From: a virus
IMG/VR virus record: IMGVR_UViG_3300018017_000002
Span: 1-51,437 of that record
Direction: 5' to 3' (one strand)
Length of the DNA stretch: 51,437 bases
This document shows, in pieces, positions 15,345-24,275 of the stretch. Under the pieces are notes generated by a model, which was not told the DNA's origin, made no database searches, and worked only from the letters and a program-made list of their open reading frames with translations. The stretch's first letter is position 1, and every line of letters starts with the position of its first letter. The position numbers and the translations under genes are program-made.

Positions 15345-15683
15345 ATGCCAGAAACATACGACGTGCAGAAAAGAAGCTTTATTAAGAAACCAGAAACTAA
15401 GTTCTGTATAACTTGTGGTCAACCTTTGCCATCTGATGTTAAACCAATGACTAATGAAATGAACAACTATCTTAATCCTATATCTAACAGAGTAGTCTGT
15501 ATGAATAGTAGTGAGGATATTGTAGAAGTTCAAGGAGTTAAACTGTACAAAGTTACAGGCAATAAAGAAGGTAAGCCAATTTCTAAACACATTCCTGTCG
15601 AACCACAAGCAGAAATTGGAAGTCCAAAAACTGAAAGCAAATCTATGAAGCTTGTTGATGGTAAACTCGTTCCCGCAAACTAA
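15345..15683 (+). CDS. hypothetical protein (112 aa)
   Basis: Track ORF with ATG start. Confidence 0.5.
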   Translation: MPETYDVQKRSFIKKPETKFCITCGQPLPSDVKPMTNEMNNYLNPISNRVVCMNSSEDIVEVQGVKLYKVTGNKEGKPISKHIPVEPQAEIGSPKTESKSMKLVDGKLVPAN

Positions 15684-15705
15684 ACAATCAAACTAAAATT
15701 AAATT

Positions 15706-15930
15706 ATGCCAACTGATAATGATGCTAAGAATGTAACTGACTCACAGAAACAAACTGCTGACCTTGCTAGTGTTAAGCAAGTAGTTCCTCAACATAACGA
15801 TGCTCTTGTTGCACACAATAAAGTTCTTGCTGACGAGCAGGATATTCAAGCTAGGAGAGCCGCTGGTAGCAAGACTGTTAGACAAGATAAGCCTATTGCT
15901 GTTAAGAAAGTTGAGGAAGTTAAGAAGTAA
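15706..15930 (+). CDS. hypothetical protein (74 aa)
   Basis: Track ORF with ATG start. Confidence 0.5.
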   Translation: MPTDNDAKNVTDSQKQTADLASVKQVVPQHNDALVAHNKVLADEQDIQARRAAGSKTVRQDKPIAVKKVEEVKK

Positions 15931-16202
15931 TGTCTAACCCAACTGACCAACCAAACGATGAACCTTCTGGTCGTAATATGACAGATGCTCCAGAGGGAGT
16001 TGTTATTCCAGAGGAGTTTCAACAGGCTGTTCATGGTGTGCTAAAGAAAGCTACTACTAAGCATCATCTTAATCATATCAGGGATAGAGTATATGCCAAG
16101 GAAGATGAGATGAGAAAGGCCGAAGAAGCTAAGAAAAGTAAGGGTAGTAAGAAGGGCGAAGGAGTTAATTTCTCAACTGACACTCCAGGTTCACCTATTT
16201 AA
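15930..16202 (+). CDS. hypothetical protein (90 aa)
   Basis: Track ORF; TAATG overlap with the upstream ORF. Confidence 0.5.
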   Translation: MSNPTDQPNDEPSGRNMTDAPEGVVIPEEFQQAVHGVLKKATTKHHLNHIRDRVYAKEDEMRKAEEAKKSKGSKKGEGVNFSTDTPGSPI

Positions 16203-16214
16203 GGAGACAATCAC

Positions 16215-18137
16215 ATGCCAGACGCCAGTTCAGACAAGTCAATAGACTATATAAATAGTACGGACTATAAAAAGTTGGTTAGTAAGTTGAATAACTTGAA
16301 GGATATTACTTTCGACTTGACTAACAAAACTCTGGCATCTAGGCGACTTCGATATGCAGAAATTGATATTGAAGTTGAAAGAAAAGCTGGGAGGATTGCG
16401 CCGGACGAAATTTACGTACCTCAACACATAATAGACACGAACATTCGCCGTGAGCAATCCTCCTACATTCAATATATAACTCAGTCACCAAGAGCAGTTA
16501 TACTTAAAGATAGAGTTGACCCATCTTTTGACTTGTCTTTGCTTGAAGTTGACTTGACAGAGAAGCTACGTTTTGATGGTTGGCAACTGTCAACCTACGC
16601 TAACATTGATGCATTCCAAGCTAATGGATATGGTATAATGGAAACAGTACAGGACTTAAATAATCCTGGAGATATTGGCAGAGAGCATGTTCAGTATGGC
16701 GATTTTGCATTTATAGCTGATACTCGTGATTTGCAGAAAGCTGAGTTCTTGGGGCGGTCATATTACTTTACTAAGTCTAAGTTACTGGCCCTTACTAGGT
16801 CTGAAAGTGAGAATGATAGATGGGATAAAGAGCAAGTTGATAAGTTACTTAAAATGGAGCCTAATGACGAGCAGGCTCAAATATACTCTGGTACATCTAC
16901 CATAAATAGGTCACTATACAAGATTATTAAAGTAATGTTTAGGGTAAAAGGTGTTGTACATGTAGCATGGTGTGCTCCTGTATTTTGTGATGATTGGTTG
17001 AGAAGTCCTAGAGAATTATATCTAGGTAGAAGAAAACTCAATCAAGAAGCTGCCAAAGCTGCACCAATGATAGCTAAGATTCCACCAATGTTGGAAAAAA
17101 TAGCAATATCATTATTTAAGAAGCGTAATCCATCTTTAACTGATGCACACATACAACAGATAAAGAATGGAGTGCCACCCTCTGATGAAGAATATGAGAC
17201 TCAGTATCCATACTTCATATATCCCTATCTTATCTCAGAAAATGACACAATAGCTAACCTTAAAGGTAGAGTGTTTCTTGACCAAGATACTCAAAATGCT
17301 GCTTCTAGTTTACTGTCTAGCTTATTAACTAAAGCTCGCAGGTCAGCAGGACTATACTTTTCTAAAGATGTTTCTGACCCAAATGATGACTTCTTATTGC
17401 AAAAGAATGTATATTTCAAGCAGGGAGCCTTGCTCAATGGCAAGATTAAAGAATTTAAGTTAGATGCACCTGACGCGCAATTGTTTACTGCATTAACAAC
17501 TCTTGTGTCAGCTAACCAGCAAGAGACCTCACAGGTTAACTTTGCAGAGAATAATAGACAGGCTGATAGTAGAAAGACTGCCACAGCTATTAAGGCAGCC
17601 ACGGCACAACAACAGCAACTAAGCGGGGTTCAGGTTACATTATTTTCTGTTGCAACTAAGAATCAATACACCTACGAGTGTGACATTATCAAGTCAAGAG
17701 TGTTGGCTGGACTCATTAAAGTATCACCCATACTAGCTCAATTGTATGCTCGTTCGTGGACTGTTAAACCATCTGGTGATACAGATGTTATCGAAAAACA
17801 GAAGATGATTGAGACTATGCAACAGGCTTGGCCAGTAGTGCAGAATACTGGTGCTGCTTCTTTATTCTTAACTGACTTGCTAGAGAAAATGTTTCCCGAC
17901 AATTCTGCTAAGTATGTCAAGGCTATACAAGACCAGCAGCAACAGCAGCAAGGACAACAAGCCCAGCAACAACAAGCATTTATGTCTAAAGTTAAACAAC
18001 TAGCTGACCAAGTTGTAAGTCTGTCTAAACATAGAGAAATGTTTTCTGAGACTGGATTAGTAAATGCTTTACCAGCAGTTCAAGCTGCTGCTCAACAAAT
18101 AGAACAAATGCAACAACAAGCAAAAGGACAACAATGA
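16215..18137 (+). CDS. portal protein (by size and position)
   Basis: 640 aa; AAGGAG 8 nt upstream of the ATG; downstream of terminase and upstream of scaffold/capsid; Gln-rich C-terminus. Confidence 0.65.
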   Translation: MPDASSDKSIDYINSTDYKKLVSKLNNLKDITFDLTNKTLASRRLRYAEIDIEVERKAGRIAPDEIYVPQHIIDTNIRREQSSYIQYITQSPRAVILKDRVDPSFDLSLLEVDLTEKLRFDGWQLSTYANIDAFQANGYGIMETVQDLNNPGDIGREHVQYGDFAFIADTRDLQKAEFLGRSYYFTKSKLLALTRSESENDRWDKEQVDKLLKMEPNDEQAQIYSGTSTINRSLYKIIKVMFRVKGVVHVAWCAPVFCDDWLRSPRELYLGRRKLNQEAAKAAPMIAKIPPMLEKIAISLFKKRNPSLTDAHIQQIKNGVPPSDEEYETQYPYFIYPYLISENDTIANLKGRVFLDQDTQNAASSLLSSLLTKARRSAGLYFSKDVSDPNDDFLLQKNVYFKQGALLNGKIKEFKLDAPDAQLFTALTTLVSANQQETSQVNFAENNRQADSRKTATAIKAATAQQQQLSGVQVTLFSVATKNQYTYECDIIKSRVLAGLIKVSPILAQLYARSWTVKPSGDTDVIEKQKMIETMQQAWPVVQNTGAASLFLTDLLEKMFPDNSAKYVKAIQDQQQQQQGQQAQQQQAFMSKVKQLADQVVSLSKHREMFSETGLVNALPAVQAAAQQIEQMQQQAKGQQ

Positions 18138-18376
18138 ATTGTATAGTTATCGAGGGATATCCTGACAGAAAACATATTAAGAAATTTAGACCCTCTAGAT
18201 GGACAAGGTTTGTTAGAGATGGATTTTTTCTATCTAGGTTTGACAGATTTATAAATTGGTATAATCTTCAAAAGAACATTATAGATAGAAAAAGGGAGTA
18301 TAAGATTTTCGTGGCATTAGGGTTAAAGGAGTTTCATCTCCCAGATAGTCTTGGAATAAGAAAGGATTTGCGATGA
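18134..18376 (+). CDS. hypothetical protein (80 aa)
   Basis: Track ORF; ATGA overlap with the portal stop. Confidence 0.45.
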   Translation: MNCIVIEGYPDRKHIKKFRPSRWTRFVRDGFFLSRFDRFINWYNLQKNIIDRKREYKIFVALGLKEFHLPDSLGIRKDLR

Positions 18377-18627
18377 ACATCACACCTGAAAATGCATTAT
18401 CTTATCAACATGCTGAATGGTTAAATCATCCTGTTACAAAACAAATGCTTAGCATACTAGAAAAACAGAAACAGCATATTATTAATTCTGGTTGTTCCTC
18501 TGCTGGTGTACAAGGTATTGACCCTTTTTGGTTTCAGTTACAATTTAGTAATGTAAAAACTATTGATGTTATTAAGAACTGGATTACTAACACAGAACAA
18601 TTTATTCAACAATTAAACAAACAATAA
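18373..18627 (+). CDS. hypothetical protein (84 aa)
   Basis: Track ORF; ATGA overlap. Confidence 0.5.
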   Translation: MNITPENALSYQHAEWLNHPVTKQMLSILEKQKQHIINSGCSSAGVQGIDPFWFQLQFSNVKTIDVIKNWITNTEQFIQQLNKQ

Positions 18628-18633
18628 ACTACT

Positions 18634-19887
18634 ATGGCCAACGAACAACTTAAACCTGCTCCTGATGCTGGTAAAATACCAACACCTGTAATGCCTTCTG
18701 AACCTCCAAAAGAGGTTAAGGAAATGACATTCTCTATCAATCCAGAAGTATTAGGTCAATCTGGTGATTCTACTATTAAGATTGATGGTAAAGATGTTAA
18801 GACTGATGTAGCAGCAATTAAACAAGATGCACCAAAGAAAGATGAACCTGTTCTTAAAGCTCCTAAAGAGGAGATAGCTAAAGTCGAATCCAAAGTTCCG
18901 GCTGACACACCCAAAGATGAAGTTAAGAAGGAAGAACCAAAATCTATTCTTAAGCCACCAACTACAGAGGTTAAGGTTGATACAAGCAAGAAAGAGGAAC
19001 CTAAAGCTACAGACAAGAAACCTGAACTTATTACGCCTGTTAAACCAGATGGGCACGATGCTTTTGATTATTCTTCGTTTAATCCACAAGAACAAATTAA
19101 TCTTAAGAACATGTCTCGTCAGTCTAGGGAGTATACAGCTAACTTAATACGAGAGAACAAACAGTTAGCTGCCCTGAAAGACTCAACATACCTTCAACAC
19201 GAACAAGGATATACTCTTTCACCTGAATATCAAGAGATACAACAGAGAAATTATTTTGCTCAGACAGAGGCCAAATGTTGGGAGAGAGCTTTGCTTAATA
19301 TAAAGGCTGGAAAGAACTTTCAAAATATTGTAGGGTTTGACCAGAAAACAGGTCAACCAATTATGAGTCAAGAACAAGACCCAACTGACCAAGATGAAAT
19401 TCGTATATCTAACAACTTAACTTTGTGTTCTCAGCATATTGGTCAGTACAATAATGCTTTGCAAGTGTATCCTCAACGATTTCGTCAGCAAGTCCAGTCT
19501 GACTTACAAGCTATTGAACAGACACAGAAAGAACGATTTGCTTGGGTAGCCGACCCTAAATTGTTAGAATATTCTATTAATGTAGATGGAGAGGACAAGA
19601 AAGTTAGAGATATTAAAGAAGATTTTAAGAATATTCTTCCTATCTATAGGCGTAATGATATTTTGGCCGATGTAGCTTCTAATTTGTTTGTAGCTATGGT
19701 TATTCAAGGAGCAGAACTTAAAGAGGCCAGAAATGGTCAACAGATAGCTGAAATTAAGAAACAGGAAGCTACAAGAGCTGAGCCTACTTCTGACAATGTA
19801 GATAATGTTGTTAAGAAAACAGAGATTAATGGGAAGACTATACCTTCTATGTTTAGCTTAGAAGGTGCTCCTTTTGAAAGGAGATAG
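18634..19887 (+). CDS. scaffolding-like protein (by position and composition)
   Basis: 417 aa; Lys/Glu/Pro-rich N-terminal half, helical-looking C-terminal half; directly upstream of the capsid gene. Confidence 0.5.
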   Translation: MANEQLKPAPDAGKIPTPVMPSEPPKEVKEMTFSINPEVLGQSGDSTIKIDGKDVKTDVAAIKQDAPKKDEPVLKAPKEEIAKVESKVPADTPKDEVKKEEPKSILKPPTTEVKVDTSKKEEPKATDKKPELITPVKPDGHDAFDYSSFNPQEQINLKNMSRQSREYTANLIRENKQLAALKDSTYLQHEQGYTLSPEYQEIQQRNYFAQTEAKCWERALLNIKAGKNFQNIVGFDQKTGQPIMSQEQDPTDQDEIRISNNLTLCSQHIGQYNNALQVYPQRFRQQVQSDLQAIEQTQKERFAWVADPKLLEYSINVDGEDKKVRDIKEDFKNILPIYRRNDILADVASNLFVAMVIQGAELKEARNGQQIAEIKKQEATRAEPTSDNVDNVVKKTEINGKTIPSMFSLEGAPFERR

Positions 19888-19901
19888 TAGATAATTCTAG
19901 T

Positions 19902-19917
19902 TGGCATGAAAATTGCT
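19902..19917 (+). promoter_or_regulatory. sigma54-type -24/-12 promoter P3 (upstream of the major capsid gene)
   Basis: TGGCAT-GAAAA-TTGCT, a full match to the canonical TGGCAC-N5-TTGCW spacing; 150 nt upstream of the ATG at 20069. Confidence 0.8.
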
Positions 19918-19941
19918 GTATAAGTATTCAGCGAGTAGTTA

Positions 19942-20000
19942 TTAGCCTCTAATAATCCAAAGGGCATTGGAGTTAGCCTCTAATAGTTGTTGAAGGGCAT
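19942..20000 (+). repeat. two imperfect ~31-33 nt direct repeats in the capsid-gene leader
   Basis: TTAGCCTCTAATA at 19942 and 19973, each followed by AGGGCAT (19961, 19994). The first copy sits in the palindrome TTATTAG-CCT-CTAATAA. Confidence 0.7.
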
Positions 20001-20068
20001 CAACTCGGTTGCAAGTTACGTTTAACTTGTCATTGAGTCAGTCAACAATTTAATTGAAAGGTTAACAG

Positions 20069-21403
20069 ATGCCGTCATATTACAGTCAGCCAGGTTCATT
20101 CGCTAATGCAATCATTCAGCCGAATAACTTGTTCGCTCAACTTCCTTTCTACCTTGTTCATAATGAGGTAGAACAATACTGTAACTGGAATGAATTTGAC
20201 CAAATGTATGGGTCAATTCCGTGGCAGGAAAATATGGGTTCTGTCATGGAAGCAGTTACTCCACAGCGTTCACCTGTAGGTCGTTCGTTCTTCTTTCCTA
20301 ATCCTATTACTACAGCCAGTAATAAGGACATCTATCAGGTTACAGAATCAAATGAACAGGCTGTGTTGTACAAACACAAGTATGGTTCATTTGTGTTTAA
20401 CTTCATTCCTTCATTCCAAGTATTTTGGGATAAGTACATTAAGTTTAACTCTGATGATATTGTTAAACAAATTGCTGTAAGCAATAACCAGTTCATCGAA
20501 ACACAGATGTGGCAGAATGCTACTTATGTGTATATTTGTGGTGTTGGTCTTAGCGCTGGTGCTCCTACTGGTGCGATGAACTCGACTCTTAATGCAGCCA
20601 ACTCTAAGTCTGCTGCATGGCTAGTTGCCCTTGCTCAAGGCACAGCAGCTAATCCTGGCCCACTTCAAAATCTTCGTATTCGTGATGCATACCGTGCAGT
20701 AATGAATCTGCAAGATGATTTGGGTGCTCCTTCATTTAATGGTGCTAAGAACATGCCGAAAGACAATGAGGGTCTTAAGGGCCGTTATGCACTGTTCTGT
20801 GGTTCTGAGGATTACTTTAACTTTACCTTTGACCCTGATGTTAATGGTGTTGTTGGTACACAAGGTATGTTAAAGTCTGTTAATCTTGACTTGCTGTTTA
20901 ATGACTTCAAAGGTTCCTTGTTTGGTACATTGACATGCAAGATTAAGAAGTATCCTATTCGTTATAGTACACAGAACATTGTTGATGGTGCTGGTACTGT
21001 TCTTTGGGCGGCTGGATTTCCTATTGACCCTGAAATCTTCGACCCAACTGATAACAAGTGGAAACCTAATCCTTATTACACATCACTTGTGTCTGCTCCA
21101 TACTCTATTGCCTGGCTACTTGGTGATAACTTCTGTAAGACACTCAAGGTTGGCCCTCCACCTAAAGAGTTTGCTACAAAGAATATGTCAGGTGAGAAAT
21201 TCTACTCACTGCGATGGAATGGTGAGGTTCGTTTAACTGACCAGATTCTTATTACTAACTCTGATGGTTCGATTGAACTTAACGACTATGGTGAAAACTT
21301 GCAGCTTAAGTCTCAACTAACTCATGGATTGATTATGACAGAAAGACGTTTTGCGTTTCCAATTATAATTGCACGTTCTCGTCCAGCAATTACTTCTGTC
21401 TAA
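20069..21403 (+). CDS. major capsid protein (by position, size and expression signals)
   Basis: 444 aa; follows the scaffold-like gene; has its own strong promoter-like site and a long leader. Confidence 0.65.
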   Translation: MPSYYSQPGSFANAIIQPNNLFAQLPFYLVHNEVEQYCNWNEFDQMYGSIPWQENMGSVMEAVTPQRSPVGRSFFFPNPITTASNKDIYQVTESNEQAVLYKHKYGSFVFNFIPSFQVFWDKYIKFNSDDIVKQIAVSNNQFIETQMWQNATYVYICGVGLSAGAPTGAMNSTLNAANSKSAAWLVALAQGTAANPGPLQNLRIRDAYRAVMNLQDDLGAPSFNGAKNMPKDNEGLKGRYALFCGSEDYFNFTFDPDVNGVVGTQGMLKSVNLDLLFNDFKGSLFGTLTCKIKKYPIRYSTQNIVDGAGTVLWAAGFPIDPEIFDPTDNKWKPNPYYTSLVSAPYSIAWLLGDNFCKTLKVGPPPKEFATKNMSGEKFYSLRWNGEVRLTDQILITNSDGSIELNDYGENLQLKSQLTHGLIMTERRFAFPIIIARSRPAITSV

Positions 21404-21430
21404 CATATAATAACAATAAATAATACGAAT

Positions 21431-21937
21431 ATGAATAAATATTTCAAACTTGCTGCTATTGGATTGCTGTTGGCTAGTTCTAGTGCAATGGCATCCTTTA
21501 CACAAACTACTACGGTAACTGGTAACGCTATGGTAAATCTATTGACCCTTGTCAATGGTTCTGCCAAAGTTAGTCAAGTTACTATTCAAGCATCCACTGC
21601 AACTAATACAGCAGTTATGCTGTATGATTGCCCTACTAATGCACTAACATATGTTAATCCTGCTTATACAAATAGGACAGCGTATGCTACTAACCTAATT
21701 ACAGGGCCATTGACTAATTATTATGGCGTTGTATTCTATCAAACTAATATGGCATTGGTCGATGTAACTAACAATGTTGTTGCTTCTACTACCAACAGTT
21801 ATAATTCGTTTGGTTTTTCAGCAACTGCTAGTACATCAACAACCTATAGTTCTCTTAACTTGTATTTCGAACATGGATTGTGGGTGACTAATACAACTGC
21901 TGGTACTGCTGTATTTACTATTGTTTACGTTCAATAA
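21431..21937 (+). CDS. signal-peptide protein (168 aa), co-transcribed with the capsid gene
   Basis: N-terminus MNKYFKLAAIGLLLASSSAMA-SF (n-h-c region with AxA); Thr/Asn-rich mature part; followed by a strong terminator. Confidence 0.55.
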   Translation: MNKYFKLAAIGLLLASSSAMASFTQTTTVTGNAMVNLLTLVNGSAKVSQVTIQASTATNTAVMLYDCPTNALTYVNPAYTNRTAYATNLITGPLTNYYGVVFYQTNMALVDVTNNVVASTTNSYNSFGFSATASTSTTYSSLNLYFEHGLWVTNTTAGTAVFTIVYVQ

Positions 21938-21953
21938 TTAATAAAAGAAAGGG

Positions 21954-21988
21954 GGTGAGACTAGTGTAACAGCTAGTCTCACCTTTTC
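21954..21988 (+). terminator. rho-independent terminator
   Basis: GGTGAGACTAG-TGTAACAG-CTAGTCTCACC, an 11-bp perfect stem followed by TTTTC. Confidence 0.85.
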
Positions 21989-21994
21989 AAATTT

Positions 21995-22378
21995 ATGCCA
22001 CTTCGAGTAACAAATGCAGTAGAGAAGAATACATCTTGTGACCCTATAGTGCCAATAGTTGTGGCTGACAGTAAAGCTGTGACTGTATTGCCAGACATTA
22101 GTACATCAAAAGGCGAATGGCTAGGACGTTATATTCAGAATGTAGGAGCTAATGATTGCTATTATGCAATAGGTCATGACTGTGACCAAACTAATTTCAA
22201 TGGTATCTTATCTAAGCCTGCTTCTACTAATTCTGATTCATTTGGTTCTGGACAACAATTTGATGCATCTAACACAGGTCAGAAAATTTCAGTATTTTCT
22301 CGTGGTGGAACAACTATTGCTGTTACATCTATACGTCGAAATGATAATGCTCAAGGACAAGGCAACATACTGAAATAA
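21995..22378 (+). CDS. hypothetical protein (127 aa)
   Basis: Track ORF with ATG start. Confidence 0.55.
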   Translation: MPLRVTNAVEKNTSCDPIVPIVVADSKAVTVLPDISTSKGEWLGRYIQNVGANDCYYAIGHDCDQTNFNGILSKPASTNSDSFGSGQQFDASNTGQKISVFSRGGTTIAVTSIRRNDNAQGQGNILK

Positions 22379-23598
22379 TGAAAAGATTATTTGTAGTCTT
22401 ATTGGTTGGATGTACATTATCTGTATATGGTATTGGTGGATTAGTTAGTCCGACTATAAGTGCTAATGGTGGCGGGATTCCGTCCTCGGTTCAGTTCTCC
22501 GCGCTGGCGACGAATGCGATGAATGGTGTTCCTGGTGGCAATATCGTTACGAACAATCCCTATGCCGGTTTGTTCCTGATGGCGAACGCATTGACCAACC
22601 TGTATTATCCGGGGATTGTGTTCGTTTCCACCAATGGGAATGATACTAATGGTGGTGCTGGTTATTTGACCAATGCCTTTTTGACAGTTACCGGGGCTTG
22701 GACGCACATGGGCAACGGCTACGCCTATCATGTTGGGCCGGGCATGTTTAAGGTTTATACAAACGGAGTTTTCACCCATTGGATACAGGCACCCGCAAAC
22801 ATGGTTCTGGATGGAGAGGGAGCAAACACTGTTCTTTGGGCACCTTATGACCCCAATGCTGCCACCGGAATTGCGGTCACGACGAATCAAACTTTTCAAA
22901 ATCTTACGTGCAGTAATTTGGTGTTCTTCACTCCACTTGCTGCTGCTCTTTCGGGGACGTTAACTTCTGCCACAAACGTAAGCTGGCTGAATCTTTCGAT
23001 TCAAAACTCAAATGTAATTGACACGTGGTATGCCGATGGTGGCGATGCCAGTGGAGGGGGAGACGGATATCATTTTTGCATGGTGTCAAACTGTACAGTT
23101 GTCGGGTACTTTGATTTGGCTATGGGATTCTACAACTCCACCTTTGCATACGATAACATCTTGTTAGCTGCTACAAATAACGCTATAGCATTCGGTGGAA
23201 ACACTGACCCAATTTTCCTCTATGGCGGGAACTTCACTTTTATCGGCGGGACTTATACGCAGCAGCATGCGTCTGGTGGTTCGAGTGGCTACACTTCGAC
23301 GATTCAAGATGACGAAACCGGAATGGATACAAACACATTCATCGGCACAATTCAATGGTACATTCCCGGCACACTGGTAACGAACATGAGCGGAGGGACA
23401 ACTCACAGTGCCGGGGGAGTTTTTCCAGTCAATAGTTTTAGTGGAAATTTTTCTGGCAACGGCTCCGGGCTGACGAACGTCTCGTCGGCGTCTATTTCGG
23501 TTGTGACCAACTCCGCGCCGACGAATGCTGTCACTCCGCTCTTTTGGATTGGAATTACAAACGGCACATCGGTCTATAAAGTGCCGCTCTACCGATGA
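22378..23598 (+). CDS. lipoprotein-signal, beta-helix-like (pectate-lyase-like) protein; candidate tailspike or envelope-acting enzyme
   Basis: MKRLFVVLLVGC (lipobox LVGC); ...VLDGEGANTVLWAPYD...TFQNLTCSNLVF...; C-terminal ...GNFSGNGSGLTNVS... fibre-like motif. Composition switches from AT-rich to GC-rich at about nt 22465 within the ORF. Confidence 0.55.
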   Translation: MKRLFVVLLVGCTLSVYGIGGLVSPTISANGGGIPSSVQFSALATNAMNGVPGGNIVTNNPYAGLFLMANALTNLYYPGIVFVSTNGNDTNGGAGYLTNAFLTVTGAWTHMGNGYAYHVGPGMFKVYTNGVFTHWIQAPANMVLDGEGANTVLWAPYDPNAATGIAVTTNQTFQNLTCSNLVFFTPLAAALSGTLTSATNVSWLNLSIQNSNVIDTWYADGGDASGGGDGYHFCMVSNCTVVGYFDLAMGFYNSTFAYDNILLAATNNAIAFGGNTDPIFLYGGNFTFIGGTYTQQHASGGSSGYTSTIQDDETGMDTNTFIGTIQWYIPGTLVTNMSGGTTHSAGGVFPVNSFSGNFSGNGSGLTNVSSASISVVTNSAPTNAVTPLFWIGITNGTSVYKVPLYR

Positions 23599-24275
23599 AA
23601 GTCTGGCTCCTCATTTTGTTTTTGGTTGCACGTACTGCAACCGCTCAACAGGAGGTTGCAGTCCGGCAGGATACGCTGGCGCACTTCGTTGCAGACACGA
23701 TTTCAAACAACATCACGACGCTCACTCAGACCGTAACGCTGAACGTGACGAACACGGTGACGGTCAACAGCACCAACACCGTTTTGCAGACCAACATCGT
23801 GACGGTGAACCTGACCAACACGACGCTGCTCACCAATGCCGTAACGGTCTATTCGACCAACGCAACAACGACGCTGGCCACAAACTTCTACTCGGTGACG
23901 AACATCACCTACACCACGAACCTGACACTAACGACGAACATTTTCAACGTCACAAACACCGTGCTGCAAACGAACGTCATCAATGGCGGGGTGGCAACAT
24001 CCGGCTGGCCGACGCAGTGGCCGCTGTCGGCCATCACGAACGCAGGGACAGCGGCGGGAACGGCCACAAGTGCGTATGACGCTTCCGGTACTGCCACAAC
24101 AGCCGCGCAGCAGGCAACGAACGGAATCACCTACACGCTGCTCAAAGGCTGGCTTGGGTTCACGCCGGCGACGAACAATCCAAATGCGTGGACAGGAACA
24201 ATAACCAATCTTTACACATCATCACTGTCTAATCATATCCAAGTGTCATCTGGTGTTATCACAAACAAATTATGA
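23595..24275 (+). CDS. signal-peptide protein with Thr/Asn/Val-rich repeats dense in N-x-T
   Basis: MKVWLLILFLVARTATA-QQ; ...NITTLTQTVTLNVTNTVTVNSTNTVLQTNIVTVNLTNTTLLTN...; ATGA overlap with the upstream gene. Confidence 0.55.
   Translation: MKVWLLILFLVARTATAQQEVAVRQDTLAHFVADTISNNITTLTQTVTLNVTNTVTVNSTNTVLQTNIVTVNLTNTTLLTNAVTVYSTNATTTLATNFYSVTNITYTTNLTLTTNIFNVTNTVLQTNVINGGVATSGWPTQWPLSAITNAGTAAGTATSAYDASGTATTAAQQATNGITYTLLKGWLGFTPATNNPNAWTGTITNLYTSSLSNHIQVSSGVITNKL

Noticed and set aside
22440-22480. GC islands as assembly chimeras
   Set aside because: The left junction of island 2 keeps a single ORF open across the composition switch. Both islands are co-oriented and coupled with their neighbours. 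A chimera cannot be excluded without reads, so the check is listed in the findings.
23525-24204. His/Asp/Arg-rich + strand ORFs (23525..24079, 23983..24204) and the minus-strand ORFs in 22441-26401
   Set aside because: They are alternative frames of GC-rich coding DNA, which stays open by composition. The chosen frames form an uninterrupted ATGA-coupled chain with signal peptides and recognisable domains.
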